64,000 nt of DNA from an uncultured bacterium (GTDB taxonomy: Bacteria; Zhuqueibacterota; QNDG01; DTFT01). The translations under genes and the position numbers were made by a program. Under the pieces are notes generated by a model that did no database searches, was not told the origin of the DNA, and saw nothing but the letters and a program-made list of their open reading frames with translations. This document shows positions 41,434 through 51,071 of this stretch, piece by piece; the first letter of the stretch is position 1; every line of letters begins with the position of its first letter. The DNA is taken from positions 12,757 to 76,756 of the forward strand of contig CAVTNR010000021.1 of assembly GCA_963736115.1 (NCBI GenBank), read 5' to 3'.

Positions 41434-44400
41434 CTATCGGATCAATGCCATTTTACGGGAGGTGGCGAATGCGCCGGCCCGGACGCGGCAGACATACACG
41501 CCGCTCGGCACGGGCCTGCCGGAATCGTCGCGACCGTTCCACACGGCTTCATGAACGCCCGCTCCCAGCACGCCGGACTCCAGGGTGCGGATCTTCCGGC
41601 CGAGTCCGTCGAACACGTCCACGGACACGCGGCCCTTATGCTCCAGGCTGTATTCAATGCGGGTCTCCGGATTGAAAGGATTCGGATAATTCGGCTTCAG
41701 GTCGAATTGGTACGGCTCGAGCGGCAGGCCACGGCCGGCCGATTCCGCGAACTCCTCCGTGCCGACGATCAATTTCAGGTGAAGTCCGCTTCCGTCCTTC
41801 GGGACATCCGCTTCGGCCCCCCCGTCGTTCAGGTCCAGACAGCATTCACGGTCCGTGTCGAGCAGCCAGGTTTTGAATCCGGCCGGCAGACCTGCCATGC
41901 CGTCGATTTGGATCACCACGCGCTTGTCCTTTGCGGACGGCTTCAAATCAATGTCCCACGCGGCGCCCTGTTCTGAAACCGCCATGAAATTCCCCGCGTA
42001 CCGGTTCCCTTTCGTGTCCGTCACGCTGAGAATCAGGCGTTCGCCGATGGGCGGGGCTTCGAGATAATCCTCCGGGTCCGCGCCGTCTTCGGCCGTCCGG
42101 AGCATGCCGACACGCGTTTTTCCGCTCCTCAGTTTCGATTCCACTCCGGCGCCGGACAGGTCCAGGACGAATTCCTGCCTGTCCATGCGTCTCGGAGGAG
42201 ATGCTTTTGGTGTGCCCGCCATGGGAGGCACTTGCAGGACGATCGGTGCTGTGGTCCGGTTATAAACGAAGTATCCTCTCCACGGCACAAGAACAGTTTG
42301 GCTGTAATTGTACAGTCCTTCTCCCGGATAATACACAACCGGTGCCTGCAATGAAGTGCTCGGAACGCCTGTCGCCGAGAGTATCCGGCTCCAGGTGATT
42401 TCATACGCGAACGGATTCCCGATCATGTTCCAGCCCGGACGCAGAGTGATCCGGTAATTCAGCGTCGTCCAATCGGTCGGTCCTGTCCCTGTTCTCTGAA
42501 TGGCCGGGGTCTCGCTCACGTCCCGGAGGGTGAGGTCCAGGGCTTCGCGGGCGATGAGCCAGTACGCGATGCCGGGTTTGAAAGTAAGGCTGTCCGCAGG
42601 CGTGAATTCCGGGTATTCCAGGTAACGGCCGGCCTTGTAATAGAACAGCCGCCAATTCTTGGCTCCGTATTCCCCCAGACCTTCCAGCACGGTTCCGATG
42701 CGGCCATCCGCGAGCATGTACGGAATAGAAAAAAAGGCATACAATCCCGTATGGACATGCACGTCGTCGCCCGTGAAGGTCAGCGACGGCGCCTGGACGG
42801 ATCCTCCGGTATAAATGATGTCCGGCGAACTCGCGTTGTTCGAAACGATGCGCACCTGCCCGCCGCTGAAGGCCACCTCGGTGGGATGAAAACGAACCGT
42901 CAGGGCAATGGAATCTCCGGCCGGGATCGTGATCGCCGGCGGAGCGGCCCGGGAGAGCAGAGAGTATGCGGACGGCCCGTTTTGGAGTATTGAAAGCGAA
43001 TCAATGGTCAGATCGCCCGTGCCGATGTTCACGATGAATGTGCTCAACGTGTCCGATTCCCCGGGCGCCAGCGTATCATACATGAAGAAATGGGTCAAAC
43101 CCTCACGGATATTCCTGACGGTCAATGCGGGCTCCGGGATGCGCATGAATCCGGAAAAGATGGCGCCCCCGCTGTCCGTGGCGACATAGACCCTGTTGTC
43201 CGGCCCCACTGAAACCGATCGCACGGAATTCGCGGGAATTCCGGAATTCCCGACACGATAGACATTGGAGACAGTCGCGCCCGCGACTCCGGTCGGCGGA
43301 ATCACCCGCGCCAGGCCTCCGGACGTGCCCACCCACAGATTCCCGTCCAGATCCGAGGCGAATGCCCGTACGTCCTGCGAAGGCAGTATCGTCGTCAGGT
43401 GACTGCCCCATGTTCCGGAGGAATGCCGGGCAATGCCTGAATAATAAGTGCCGACCCAGACGCCTCCGGTCGCGTCGGCCCACAGCGACTGGATCGATCC
43501 GGGCGTGATGCCGACCGAGCTCCCGTCCGTCTGCACCCAGGAAGTCGTATTGAAACGAATCGGACCGGGAGACTGGAAATCTGAAACCCATACCGTACCA
43601 TCGCCGCCGACGGACACATCCTGAATTTCATAGGCGCCCGCGGGAAGGGGCGCGATATTCGACGATGTGTTGTACGTCGTCCATGCGGTGCCGTTGAATC
43701 GTCCGACGCCGTCGAATGTGCCGATCCAGACATCCCCGTTGACCGGTGATACAGCGACGGAATTGACGAAATCGCCCGGGAATCCCGCCGTGTTATTGTC
43801 CAGAGAGTACTGCGTCCATCCTGTTCCGTTGAAATGTAAAACGCCGTTGCCGTATGTCCCCACCCAGGCGCGTCCCTGGGCGTCCAGAGCCAGGGAAGTA
43901 AACTCTCCTTCAAACAGACCCAGCGAACCGGCGGACCACGAATTCCCCGTAACCCCGTCGAAATGGTAGATGCGGCCGGAAGAGCAGGCCCACCGCGCGC
44001 TGGTCTCGGTCACGGCCGTGGCAATGAGTCCGTCCTCTTCGAGGTCCATGTCCGGTTGGTCCACGTTCGTCCAGGTCGATGCGCCCGTCAATTGAGCCAG
44101 CCCGCCGGTGCCGGTGCCCACCCACAATGCGCCGGAAGCGGCCGGCAGAACGGCGGTGACTTCATTGGTCGGTATGCCGCTGCCCGAAGTGTCCTGATAC
44201 GTCCATGATGTGCCATCGTACCGGGACAGGCCGCTGTCATCTGTGCCTACCCATATCACGCCTGCGGCCGTATCCGCTGTGATGCATTTCAGGAGAGCTG
44301 AAGGCAGACCGCCTCCGGTGGAGGCTGTGTCGAATATTCTCCATGAGGTCATTTCCTGTTTCGCCGCCCCGCCTGCCGCAGTGGCCACCCATGTGAATCC

Positions 44401-45039
44401 GTCCCTGTCCACTGCAATCCCCGTGATAAAACGGTCGATCAGGTTGATGCTCAGGTCGACAAACTGAACGCCATCCGACCGCACGATACCCCTTCGCGTG
44501 CCGACCCACAGAAAGCCGGCGCCCTGCGCCAGACTGGTTACGGTATCCGAAGGAAGCGAATTGGCGCCGCTGATCGGAGCAAGCCAGATCTGAGAGGCCA
44601 GATTCCGGCGGCTCAGGCCGCTGACCGTGCCGACCCACAAGTTGCCGTTGAAGATGGTCAAAGCATTGATCGTGTCGCTTCCCACGGAATCCCTGCGATA
44701 AATCCGGAAAAGCGGAGCCCCGCTGTAACGCACCACTCCTTTTCCGAGAGTTCCGATCCAGAGCTGGTTGCGCAGCGTGTCGAATACCAGAGCCGTGATG
44801 TGATTCGAAGGGAGGCCCGAATTGGCTGTGTTAAAATACTGAACGACCTGCCGTGAATTCCTGTCAATCTGGACCAGTCCGCCCGTTGTACCGACCCACA
44901 GGTCGTTGTTCGCCTCGGCAAGCGCCGTGATATGACTGCCGCTGGTGTACTGTTCCCAGTACGCGAACTGCGCAAAAGCCGGACCCGTAAAAACCGCGGC
45001 CGCGATCATGATCCAAGCTGGAAATTTCCGGGTTTTCAT
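41434..45039 (-). CDS. Secreted surface protein: Reg_prop-type beta-propeller repeats, ASH/Ig-like domain, uncharacterised domain and FlgD-Ig/T9SS type-A C-terminal domain
   Basis: Signal peptide (..PAFA/Q); many (L/I/V)W(V/I)GT..G and SGLPSN repeats; NIGTGDLTIDSL..VRFHPT; GWNMIGNPF; NYPNPFNPET..WNGRDDSG..VPSGVY..RKMALIR. Confidence 0.85.
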   Translation of the reverse strand: MKTRKFPAWIMIAAAVFTGPAFAQFAYWEQYTSGSHITALAEANNDLWVGTTGGLVQIDRNSRQVVQYFNTANSGLPSNHITALVFDTLRNQLWIGTLGKGVVRYSGAPLFRIYRRDSVGSDTINALTIFNGNLWVGTVSGLSRRNLASQIWLAPISGANSLPSDTVTSLAQGAGFLWVGTRRGIVRSDGVQFVDLSINLIDRFITGIAVDRDGFTWVATAAGGAAKQEMTSWRIFDTASTGGGLPSALLKCITADTAAGVIWVGTDDSGLSRYDGTSWTYQDTSGSGIPTNEVTAVLPAASGALWVGTGTGGLAQLTGASTWTNVDQPDMDLEEDGLIATAVTETSARWACSSGRIYHFDGVTGNSWSAGSLGLFEGEFTSLALDAQGRAWVGTYGNGVLHFNGTGWTQYSLDNNTAGFPGDFVNSVAVSPVNGDVWIGTFDGVGRFNGTAWTTYNTSSNIAPLPAGAYEIQDVSVGGDGTVWVSDFQSPGPIRFNTTSWVQTDGSSVGITPGSIQSLWADATGGVWVGTYYSGIARHSSGTWGSHLTTILPSQDVRAFASDLDGNLWVGTSGGLARVIPPTGVAGATVSNVYRVGNSGIPANSVRSVSVGPDNRVYVATDSGGAIFSGFMRIPEPALTVRNIREGLTHFFMYDTLAPGESDTLSTFIVNIGTGDLTIDSLSILQNGPSAYSLLSRAAPPAITIPAGDSIALTVRFHPTEVAFSGGQVRIVSNNASSPDIIYTGGSVQAPSLTFTGDDVHVHTGLYAFFSIPYMLADGRIGTVLEGLGEYGAKNWRLFYYKAGRYLEYPEFTPADSLTFKPGIAYWLIAREALDLTLRDVSETPAIQRTGTGPTDWTTLNYRITLRPGWNMIGNPFAYEITWSRILSATGVPSTSLQAPVVYYPGEGLYNYSQTVLVPWRGYFVYNRTTAPIVLQVPPMAGTPKASPPRRMDRQEFVLDLSGAGVESKLRSGKTRVGMLRTAEDGADPEDYLEAPPIGERLILSVTDTKGNRYAGNFMAVSEQGAAWDIDLKPSAKDKRVVIQIDGMAGLPAGFKTWLLDTDRECCLDLNDGGAEADVPKDGSGLHLKLIVGTEEFAESAGRGLPLEPYQFDLKPNYPNPFNPETRIEYSLEHKGRVSVDVFDGLGRKIRTLESGVLGAGVHEAVWNGRDDSGRPVPSGVYVCRVRAGAFATSRKMALIR

Positions 45040-45087
45040 GCACGTCTCCTGTTCATGGCATTCCCTCCTCCGCCGCGACCGGCCGGT

Positions 45088-46404
45088 TCACGGCACGGTG
45101 TTCGGGAGAGCGGGAGGTTCGGGAAGATCCGGAACCACGAAGGACTCCGTCGGGACTTCGCCCGCCTTGCGGACATCCTTGCCCAGAATGAAATTGGAAC
45201 CCATATTGGTTTGCACCGTATTCAGACGGTCGTGCATCAGCGATTCCGGGCTGATCAGGGGCTGAACCAGCCGGTCCGCGACCCTCGGCCGGCTGTCGGC
45301 CGGCCGCCATCCCGATTCCACGGCACGGGCCAGAATGGAAGCGGTGCGGAGCTTCTGCTGCGCGGACTTGTACTGGGGATCCATTTGAAGCGCCTTCTGG
45401 TATTGCGCGGCCGCTTTCTGAAACTGGCCCTTGTCCTCGAGGTCGAGACCGGTGCAGTATGCGATGAAGGCCTGCAGGTTCTTCGTGGGAACGGTCAGGA
45501 TGCGCCGGCGTTCAGCAGGTGTCGGCTCCACGCCCAGACGGTCGAGCACCTTGAATGCGAGGTCCTTTTCCGCGCGCAAAAGGTTTTTAAACGCGTCGGT
45601 CAGCGTCACCGGCCGGGTCGCGGCCGCATCCGCGTCCGAAGTCTTGAGAGTGACGGCCTCCACGCGCATCTTCTGCGATGGATCCACGGTCAAGCCGCCT
45701 CGCACCACGCGGCCCGCGCTGAGCATCAGGCCGAACCGGGCGGCCTGCGATTCGTCCACCAGCCCGGTCTGTCCGAGCTTGACCTCGTCGAACAGAGACT
45801 GAACGCGCACCCGTTCGACCAGTTTCAGCGAGGGGATCTGGCTGAGGTCCGTGATGAGCATTTCCGCGAGCCCTTTGCCGACCGGAAACATCTGGGGGTC
45901 GCCGGATTCGACACGGAAAGGCAGAACCGCGATCGTTCCGGGCGCAGGCCTGACAGCGCCTATGGCGGACTCCTGGGCGGCCAGTTGTATCGCCTCCTCC
46001 TTCAGGGATTCCCGCCGAAGCACGAGGTACCGCTCCTCCACCCGGTCCCGGAAAGGTCCGGCCGGGGCTGAAGCGTACCTGGAATAGAGTTTCATCGCAT
46101 CCGGCTTTAAATCCTGTTTTTCAAGCATCATGCCCAGATAGTACAGACACAGGGGATCGTCCGGACTCAGTTTCAGGGCTCGTTGAAGGCATTTGCTGGC
46201 AATGGCATATTTGCCCGCTTGATAACAGGCTTCACCCAGCCCCTTCAATGCCTCGATGTCCCTGGGGTTTTTCTTGATACGGCCGGCCCAGGCCTGCATG
46301 TCCCGGGTCGTTCCGGTGGAAGCGGCGGATTGGGATCGGGCGGATTGAAAAATCAGAAGGCCGAATAGAAGACAGACGATTGAGATGCGGACCCCTCGGC
46401 GCAT
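45088..46404 (-). CDS. Exported TPR + CsgG/HfaB (TolB-N/FlgO-like fold) domain protein
   Basis: Signal peptide from ATG 46404; N-terminal TPRs (ALKGLGEACYQAGKY, YYLGMML); TIAVLPF..GKGLAEMLITDLSQ..LKLVER....LFDE.KL...G.VD..A...G; C-terminal TPR (YQKALQMDPQY). Confidence 0.8.
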   Translation of the reverse strand: MRRGVRISIVCLLFGLLIFQSARSQSAASTGTTRDMQAWAGRIKKNPRDIEALKGLGEACYQAGKYAIASKCLQRALKLSPDDPLCLYYLGMMLEKQDLKPDAMKLYSRYASAPAGPFRDRVEERYLVLRRESLKEEAIQLAAQESAIGAVRPAPGTIAVLPFRVESGDPQMFPVGKGLAEMLITDLSQIPSLKLVERVRVQSLFDEVKLGQTGLVDESQAARFGLMLSAGRVVRGGLTVDPSQKMRVEAVTLKTSDADAAATRPVTLTDAFKNLLRAEKDLAFKVLDRLGVEPTPAERRRILTVPTKNLQAFIAYCTGLDLEDKGQFQKAAAQYQKALQMDPQYKSAQQKLRTASILARAVESGWRPADSRPRVADRLVQPLISPESLMHDRLNTVQTNMGSNFILGKDVRKAGEVPTESFVVPDLPEPPALPNTVP

Positions 46405-46455
46405 GACACCCCCCTTGCGGTTGAGTCCTTCCACGGAAATGCGTGCAACTTCTCT

Positions 46456-46484
46456 ATTATACGATATTTTTAAATCAATTTCCA
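46456..46484 (-). promoter_or_regulatory. Putative promoter of the TPR-CsgG/propeller/barrel operon
   Basis: AT-rich gap; minus strand TGGAAA, 17 nt, TATAAT (perfect -10 at 46461-46456). Confidence 0.55.
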
Positions 46485-46503
46485 TATCCATTTGGGCTCC
46501 GGT

Positions 46504-47262
46504 TCATCCCCCGATACCGTAGTAAACAGCCAGTGATTTGAGCGGCCGCATGTGCTCGATATGTGTTCTGAAATAGAGATCGAACATTTTGCGGATTTCC
46601 GCCTTCAGCCCAGAAGGCGGGTTGAGACGGCTGGCCTCTTCAAGCGCCGCGCCCTGCAGCCAGAACAGGATTTCAAGGGTTTCCCCTTCGATGCGCAGTC
46701 CCCCCCGCCTGGCCCCGCATTCCCTGCAGAGAAGGCCGCCATTGACCGGCAGAAAGAAACCGCCGCCCGCGCCGAGCGAACCGCCGCAGTCCAGGCACCG
46801 GTCCCATGTCGGCTGATATCCCATCATGCCGATAAAGCGTCCCTCGAAATACCAGAGACAGCCTTCCAGAAAACCGTCCGCTTCGTTCATGGCCCTGAGG
46901 TACCGGACGATCATGTCGAACAGCGCAGGGTTGGGTTCTTCGGCGAGCACGGCCTTGTCCAGAAGTTCGCAGGCCGCCAGGCCGAGCGCGGTCCTCTCCG
47001 TGTTTCCGAGAACGTGAATGTGGCCGTCCTTCAGATCCGCCTGGCTCAGCAGCTGCAGATCCCGCGTTCTTTTATCGTAATAGATCAGATCGATATGGGC
47101 CAGGCTTTCGATGCATCCCTTGAACTTGCTCTTGGGGCCCAACGCGCCCTTGGCGACAACCCGTATCTTTCCGTGATCGCGGGTGAAAACAGAGAGTATT
47201 TTTGAGGTCTCGCTCAGGCGCCATCCCCTGAGCACCACGCCCTCGGTTTTCAGGATGGCCAT
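46504..47262 (-). CDS. recO: DNA repair protein RecO
   Basis: KTEGVVLR...SETSKI..FTRDHGKI..VAKGA, and Zn-finger CLDC...CREC. Confidence 0.93.
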   Translation of the reverse strand: MAILKTEGVVLRGWRLSETSKILSVFTRDHGKIRVVAKGALGPKSKFKGCIESLAHIDLIYYDKRTRDLQLLSQADLKDGHIHVLGNTERTALGLAACELLDKAVLAEEPNPALFDMIVRYLRAMNEADGFLEGCLWYFEGRFIGMMGYQPTWDRCLDCGGSLGAGGGFFLPVNGGLLCRECGARRGGLRIEGETLEILFWLQGAALEEASRLNPPSGLKAEIRKMFDLYFRTHIEHMRPLKSLAVYYGIGG

Positions 47263-47356
47263 TGAGCCGCCCCCGCCCGGGACGGATGTCCCGGGCCATC
47301 GCCATCAGGATTAAGAACAATTCGAATCAATAAGTTACCCTATTCCCAGTTTCTTT

Positions 47357-47384
47357 ATCCGCGTCCATCCGTTTCATCCGCGCG
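47357..47384. repeat. Short ATCCG-unit tandem repeat
   Basis: ATCCGCGTCC ATCCGTTTC ATCCGCGCG in the rsmA-recO intergenic region. Confidence 0.5.
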
Positions 47385-47450
47385 CCGACCTTCAATGAAT
47401 TAAATTAGAATTGATTGGTCCCGCTTTGCGGGGAGGCGTCCGTGTTCCAT

Positions 47451-48257
47451 TCATTTTTCTTTTCCTAAATCATAAAGAAGATCCGCCAATCCCGCCCACT
47501 CCTCCACGGAAAGGTCCTCGGGCCTGCGATCGAGCGTCCGCTCCAGGCCGGCCGGAACCGGCCCCCCGCTCCAGTGTTCCTTCAGCGTATTCCGAAGCAT
47601 TTTCCGCCTCTGGCCGAATCCTTTTTTCACGATACTCCGAAAGAAAGCCTCGTCCCGAACCTGGAACCGGGGTCCGTCCAGAAACGTCCCCGCAAGCACA
47701 GCGGAATCCACACCCGGGATGGGCCTGAACGCGCCCCTCGGAATCGAGAAGAGGACCCGGACATCAGCCGCCATCTGGATCAAAACCGAGGGGATTCCGT
47801 AGTCCTTCGTCCCCGGCTTTCCGGCCACTCGCAGGGCCACTTCCTTCTGCATGGTGAATGCGAAGTCGCGGACATGGGGCCGTTCATCCAGGAGCTTGAA
47901 CAGAATCGGTGAAGTGATGGCATACGGAATATTGCCGATGATGCGGAGTTTCATCCCTTCGGGCGCCAGGCCGGCCAGGCGGGTTTTCAGAAAATCCTGC
48001 TCGATCAGGCGGAACCGGGGTTCGTCGGCGAAATCCCGCCTGAGCACCTCGGCGCAACGCCGGTCGATTTCCACGCCGATGACAGCCGTGGCCGGGCGGT
48101 CCAGAATGCACCGGGTGAGAACGCCCTGACCGGATCCGATTTCCAGCACCACGTCCCCGGGCCGGATTTCCAAAGACTCGACCAGCTTGCGGCCGAAAGA
48201 CGCGTCCTTCAGGAAATTCTGGCTGAACCGCTTGAGCGGACGGACGGAGGGGCACAC
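47451..48257 (-). CDS. rsmA: 16S rRNA m6,2A dimethyltransferase RsmA/KsgA
   Basis: K.FSQNFL.D, LEIGSGQG, GNIPYAITSP, QKEVA, F.P.P.VDS and FGQRRKMLRN. GTG 48257 chosen as start. Confidence 0.95.
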   Translation of the reverse strand: MCPSVRPLKRFSQNFLKDASFGRKLVESLEIRPGDVVLEIGSGQGVLTRCILDRPATAVIGVEIDRRCAEVLRRDFADEPRFRLIEQDFLKTRLAGLAPEGMKLRIIGNIPYAITSPILFKLLDERPHVRDFAFTMQKEVALRVAGKPGTKDYGIPSVLIQMAADVRVLFSIPRGAFRPIPGVDSAVLAGTFLDGPRFQVRDEAFFRSIVKKGFGQRRKMLRNTLKEHWSGGPVPAGLERTLDRRPEDLSVEEWAGLADLLYDLGKEK

Positions 48258-48261
48258 GGCT

Positions 48262-49035
48262 TTATCCGAGGCCGAACAGGGTTCTGGCGTTCCGGGTCGT
48301 GGATGCGGCAAGGCTTTCAAGCGTTTCGCCGCGCATGTCCGCGATCCTCAGCGATGTGTGCGTGATAAAGGCGGGCTCGTTTCTCCTGCCCCGGAGGGGA
48401 ACCGGCGTCATATACGGGGCATCCGTTTCAAGCAGCAGCCGTTCCGGGGGAACGGCCCGGACGATGTTCGGGCCGGTGTAATTCCGGAATGTGACGACTC
48501 CGGTGAATGAGATATGGAATCCCAGGGCCAGCACTTCTTCGGCTTCGTCGAGCGTGCCTCCATAGCAGTGGAAAACGCCCCTGAAAGGCGCCGCGTTCAC
48601 GGAGCGCAGAACGGCCAGGGCGTCCCGCATGGCTTCACGGACATGCACAATCAGCGGCTTATTCCTTTTAAGGCCGATTTCGATCTGCCGCAGGAAAACG
48701 GTTTTCTGTATGTCGTGGGGAGAAAACGAATAGTGGTAATCCAGGCCGATCTCGCCGACCGCGACGGTTTTCGGCGATTCGAGCAGAGTTTCGATTTTTT
48801 CCAGATCCCCGGCCGCGGCCTTGGACGCTTCATGCGGGTGTATGCCTGCGGATGCAAAAACGGCGGGCTGCTTTTCCGCGAACCCGCCCGCTAAAACGCT
48901 CGACCGCGCGTCCGTGCCGACATCGATGACCGCTTCCACGCCCGCCTCCAGGGCCCGGCGGACAACCGCATCGCGGTCCCCCTCAAATTCCTCCCCGCTC
49001 AGATGGGCATGTGTATCGACAAGTAATCCGCTCAT
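48262..49035 (-). CDS. tatD: TatD-family DNase
   Basis: DTHAHL, GIHPH, GEIGLD, HCY and LLETDAPY. Confidence 0.95.
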   Translation of the reverse strand: MSGLLVDTHAHLSGEEFEGDRDAVVRRALEAGVEAVIDVGTDARSSVLAGGFAEKQPAVFASAGIHPHEASKAAAGDLEKIETLLESPKTVAVGEIGLDYHYSFSPHDIQKTVFLRQIEIGLKRNKPLIVHVREAMRDALAVLRSVNAAPFRGVFHCYGGTLDEAEEVLALGFHISFTGVVTFRNYTGPNIVRAVPPERLLLETDAPYMTPVPLRGRRNEPAFITHTSLRIADMRGETLESLAASTTRNARTLFGLG

Positions 49036-51071
49036 TCCGCCCGCACGCCCGGAGGGGCTTCGCCGTCCGTCGTCACCAGGACATGGCCGCCGCCGGTCTT
49101 GACCGCCAGCAGCATGCCCTCTGATTCCACGCCCCGGATCTTCGCGGGTTCGAGATTCGCGACGATGAGAATGGTCTTTCCCGTGATCTGTTCGGGGGTG
49201 TAACTCTGCGCCACGCCTGCCACAATCTGGCGGCCGATGCCGCCCAGGTCCAGCTGGAGCCTGAGCAGTTTGTCCGATTTGGGAACCCGTTCCGCGGACA
49301 GGACCTTCGCGGTTCTGATGTCAACGGTTTTAAAGTGATCGAAAGAGACGGGTCCGGTCCCGCCGGCCGCGGGAACGGATGTTTCCGATGCTCCGCCTCC
49401 GGCCATGCGGTTCAGTTTTTCGATATGCGGCGCGATGTCCGGATCTTCGATCTTGCTGAAGAGAATTTTCGCCTCGCCCAGATCATGTCCCGCTGCCACG
49501 CCGGGCTCCCCGGCGCTGTCCCAGGGCGGGTTTCCGGGAAGGTTCAATTGTGCGGCCAGCCCCTCGGCCGAGAATGGCAGAATCGGGGCCATCAGGGTGC
49601 GGAGACCGGCCGCGATCTGGACGCACACGTTCAGCGTAGTGGCGCATTTTCCGGGATCGGACTTGCGCGTCTCCCAGGGCGCCTGATCGTTGAAATATTT
49701 ATTCGCCGACCGGCACAGGTCCATCAGCGCCTTGACTGCGCCGCGCACTTCATATTGTTCGAACAGGCCGCCCAGAACACCGGGCGCGGCTTTCAATTCG
49801 TCGAGCATGGCTCTGTCCCGGCCGTCCAGGGCGCCCGCGGCCGGCACCTTTCCGCCCTCGTACCGGTGGATGAAGGTGAAGGTCCGGTTCAGAAAATTGC
49901 CGAGGATGTCGGCGAGTTCGTCGTTGTTACGGCTCTGCAGCTGCTTCCACGAGAAATCGGTGTCCTTGGTCTCGGGCGCATTGGCCGCGATCGTGTACCG
50001 CAGGGGATCCGGCGGAAAGGCGTCCAGGTAATCGTCGACCCAGATCGCGTAATTCTGACTTGTCGAAATTTTCCGGCCCTCGATGGTCAGGTATTCATTG
50101 GCCGGAATCGCGTCCGGCAGGACGTATCCGCCCACCCGCATCAGCATCATGGGGAAGAGGATCGCGTGGAATACCACGTTGTCCTTGCCGATGAAATGGA
50201 CCAGTTTCGTCTCCGGATCGCACCAGTACCGCTTCCACCGGTCGGGGTCGCCGGTGCGCTCCGCCCATTCGGCTGTGGCGGAAATGTATCCGATGGGCGC
50301 GTCGAACCAGACATACAGAACCTTCCCCTTCGCGTCCGGCAGGGGCACGGGCACGCCCCAGTGCAGATCCCGCGTGATCGGCCGGTCCCCCAGCCCTTCT
50401 TTATACCAGCCCAGGCTGTAGTTGCGTACATTGTCCTTCCAGGACTTCGAATCGAACCAGCGCCGCCACTCTTCCGCGAACCGGCCCATGGGCAGGTACC
50501 AGTGGTCGGTCTTCCGCAGTTCCGGGGCCGTACCGTCGATTTTGGACTTCGGCTGAATCAGCTCCGCGGGTTCCAGCCACTTGCCGCACTTGTCGCACTG
50601 ATCGCCCCTCGCGCGGTCGTAGTGGCAGTGCGGGCATTCGCCCTCCACATACCGATCCGGAAGGAAGCGGCTGGACTTGGCGCTGTAGAACTGCTCGGAG
50701 GTCTTGACGACCAGGTCTTTCCGGTTGTGCAGGACCGTGAAAAATTCCTGGGCCATCCGGTGGTGCACCGGCAGGGACGTTCTCGAGTACTGGTCAAAGG
50801 AGACGCCCAGACGCTCGAAACTGCGCTTATTCATCGCGTGATACCGGTCCACCACGGCCTGGGGCGTGATTTTCTCATTGTCCGCGGTGACTGTGATCGG
50901 CACGCCATGCTCATCCGAGCCGCCGATATACAGGACGTCGCGTCCCTTCAGGCGCTGGTAGCGGACGTAAATGTCCGCCGGCAGATAGGCGCCGGCGATG
51001 TGCCCCAGGTGAAGCGGACCGTTGGCATAGGGCAGCGCGCTGGTGACCAGAATGCGTCTGGGAGAGGTCAT
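49032..51071 (-). CDS. metG: Methionine-tRNA ligase with C-terminal tRNA-binding domain
   Basis: ALPYANGPLHLGH, Zn knuckle CPHC..CDKC, YVWFDAPIGY, FIGKDN, KISTS (KMSKS-equivalent) and OB domain NLEPAKIRG..SEGM. Confidence 0.97.
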   Translation of the reverse strand: MTSPRRILVTSALPYANGPLHLGHIAGAYLPADIYVRYQRLKGRDVLYIGGSDEHGVPITVTADNEKITPQAVVDRYHAMNKRSFERLGVSFDQYSRTSLPVHHRMAQEFFTVLHNRKDLVVKTSEQFYSAKSSRFLPDRYVEGECPHCHYDRARGDQCDKCGKWLEPAELIQPKSKIDGTAPELRKTDHWYLPMGRFAEEWRRWFDSKSWKDNVRNYSLGWYKEGLGDRPITRDLHWGVPVPLPDAKGKVLYVWFDAPIGYISATAEWAERTGDPDRWKRYWCDPETKLVHFIGKDNVVFHAILFPMMLMRVGGYVLPDAIPANEYLTIEGRKISTSQNYAIWVDDYLDAFPPDPLRYTIAANAPETKDTDFSWKQLQSRNNDELADILGNFLNRTFTFIHRYEGGKVPAAGALDGRDRAMLDELKAAPGVLGGLFEQYEVRGAVKALMDLCRSANKYFNDQAPWETRKSDPGKCATTLNVCVQIAAGLRTLMAPILPFSAEGLAAQLNLPGNPPWDSAGEPGVAAGHDLGEAKILFSKIEDPDIAPHIEKLNRMAGGGASETSVPAAGGTGPVSFDHFKTVDIRTAKVLSAERVPKSDKLLRLQLDLGGIGRQIVAGVAQSYTPEQITGKTILIVANLEPAKIRGVESEGMLLAVKTGGGHVLVTTDGEAPPGVRAE

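Noticed and set aside
41434-45039. Hybrid two-component sensor, suggested by the Reg_prop repeats
   Set aside because: There is no TM, HisKA or receiver domain after the propellers. The protein ends in an FlgD/T9SS-like CTD.
45088-46404. Curli (type VIII) secretion locus
   Set aside because: There are no curlin-repeat, CsgE or CsgF genes, and the CsgG-like domain is embedded between TPRs without a clear lipobox.
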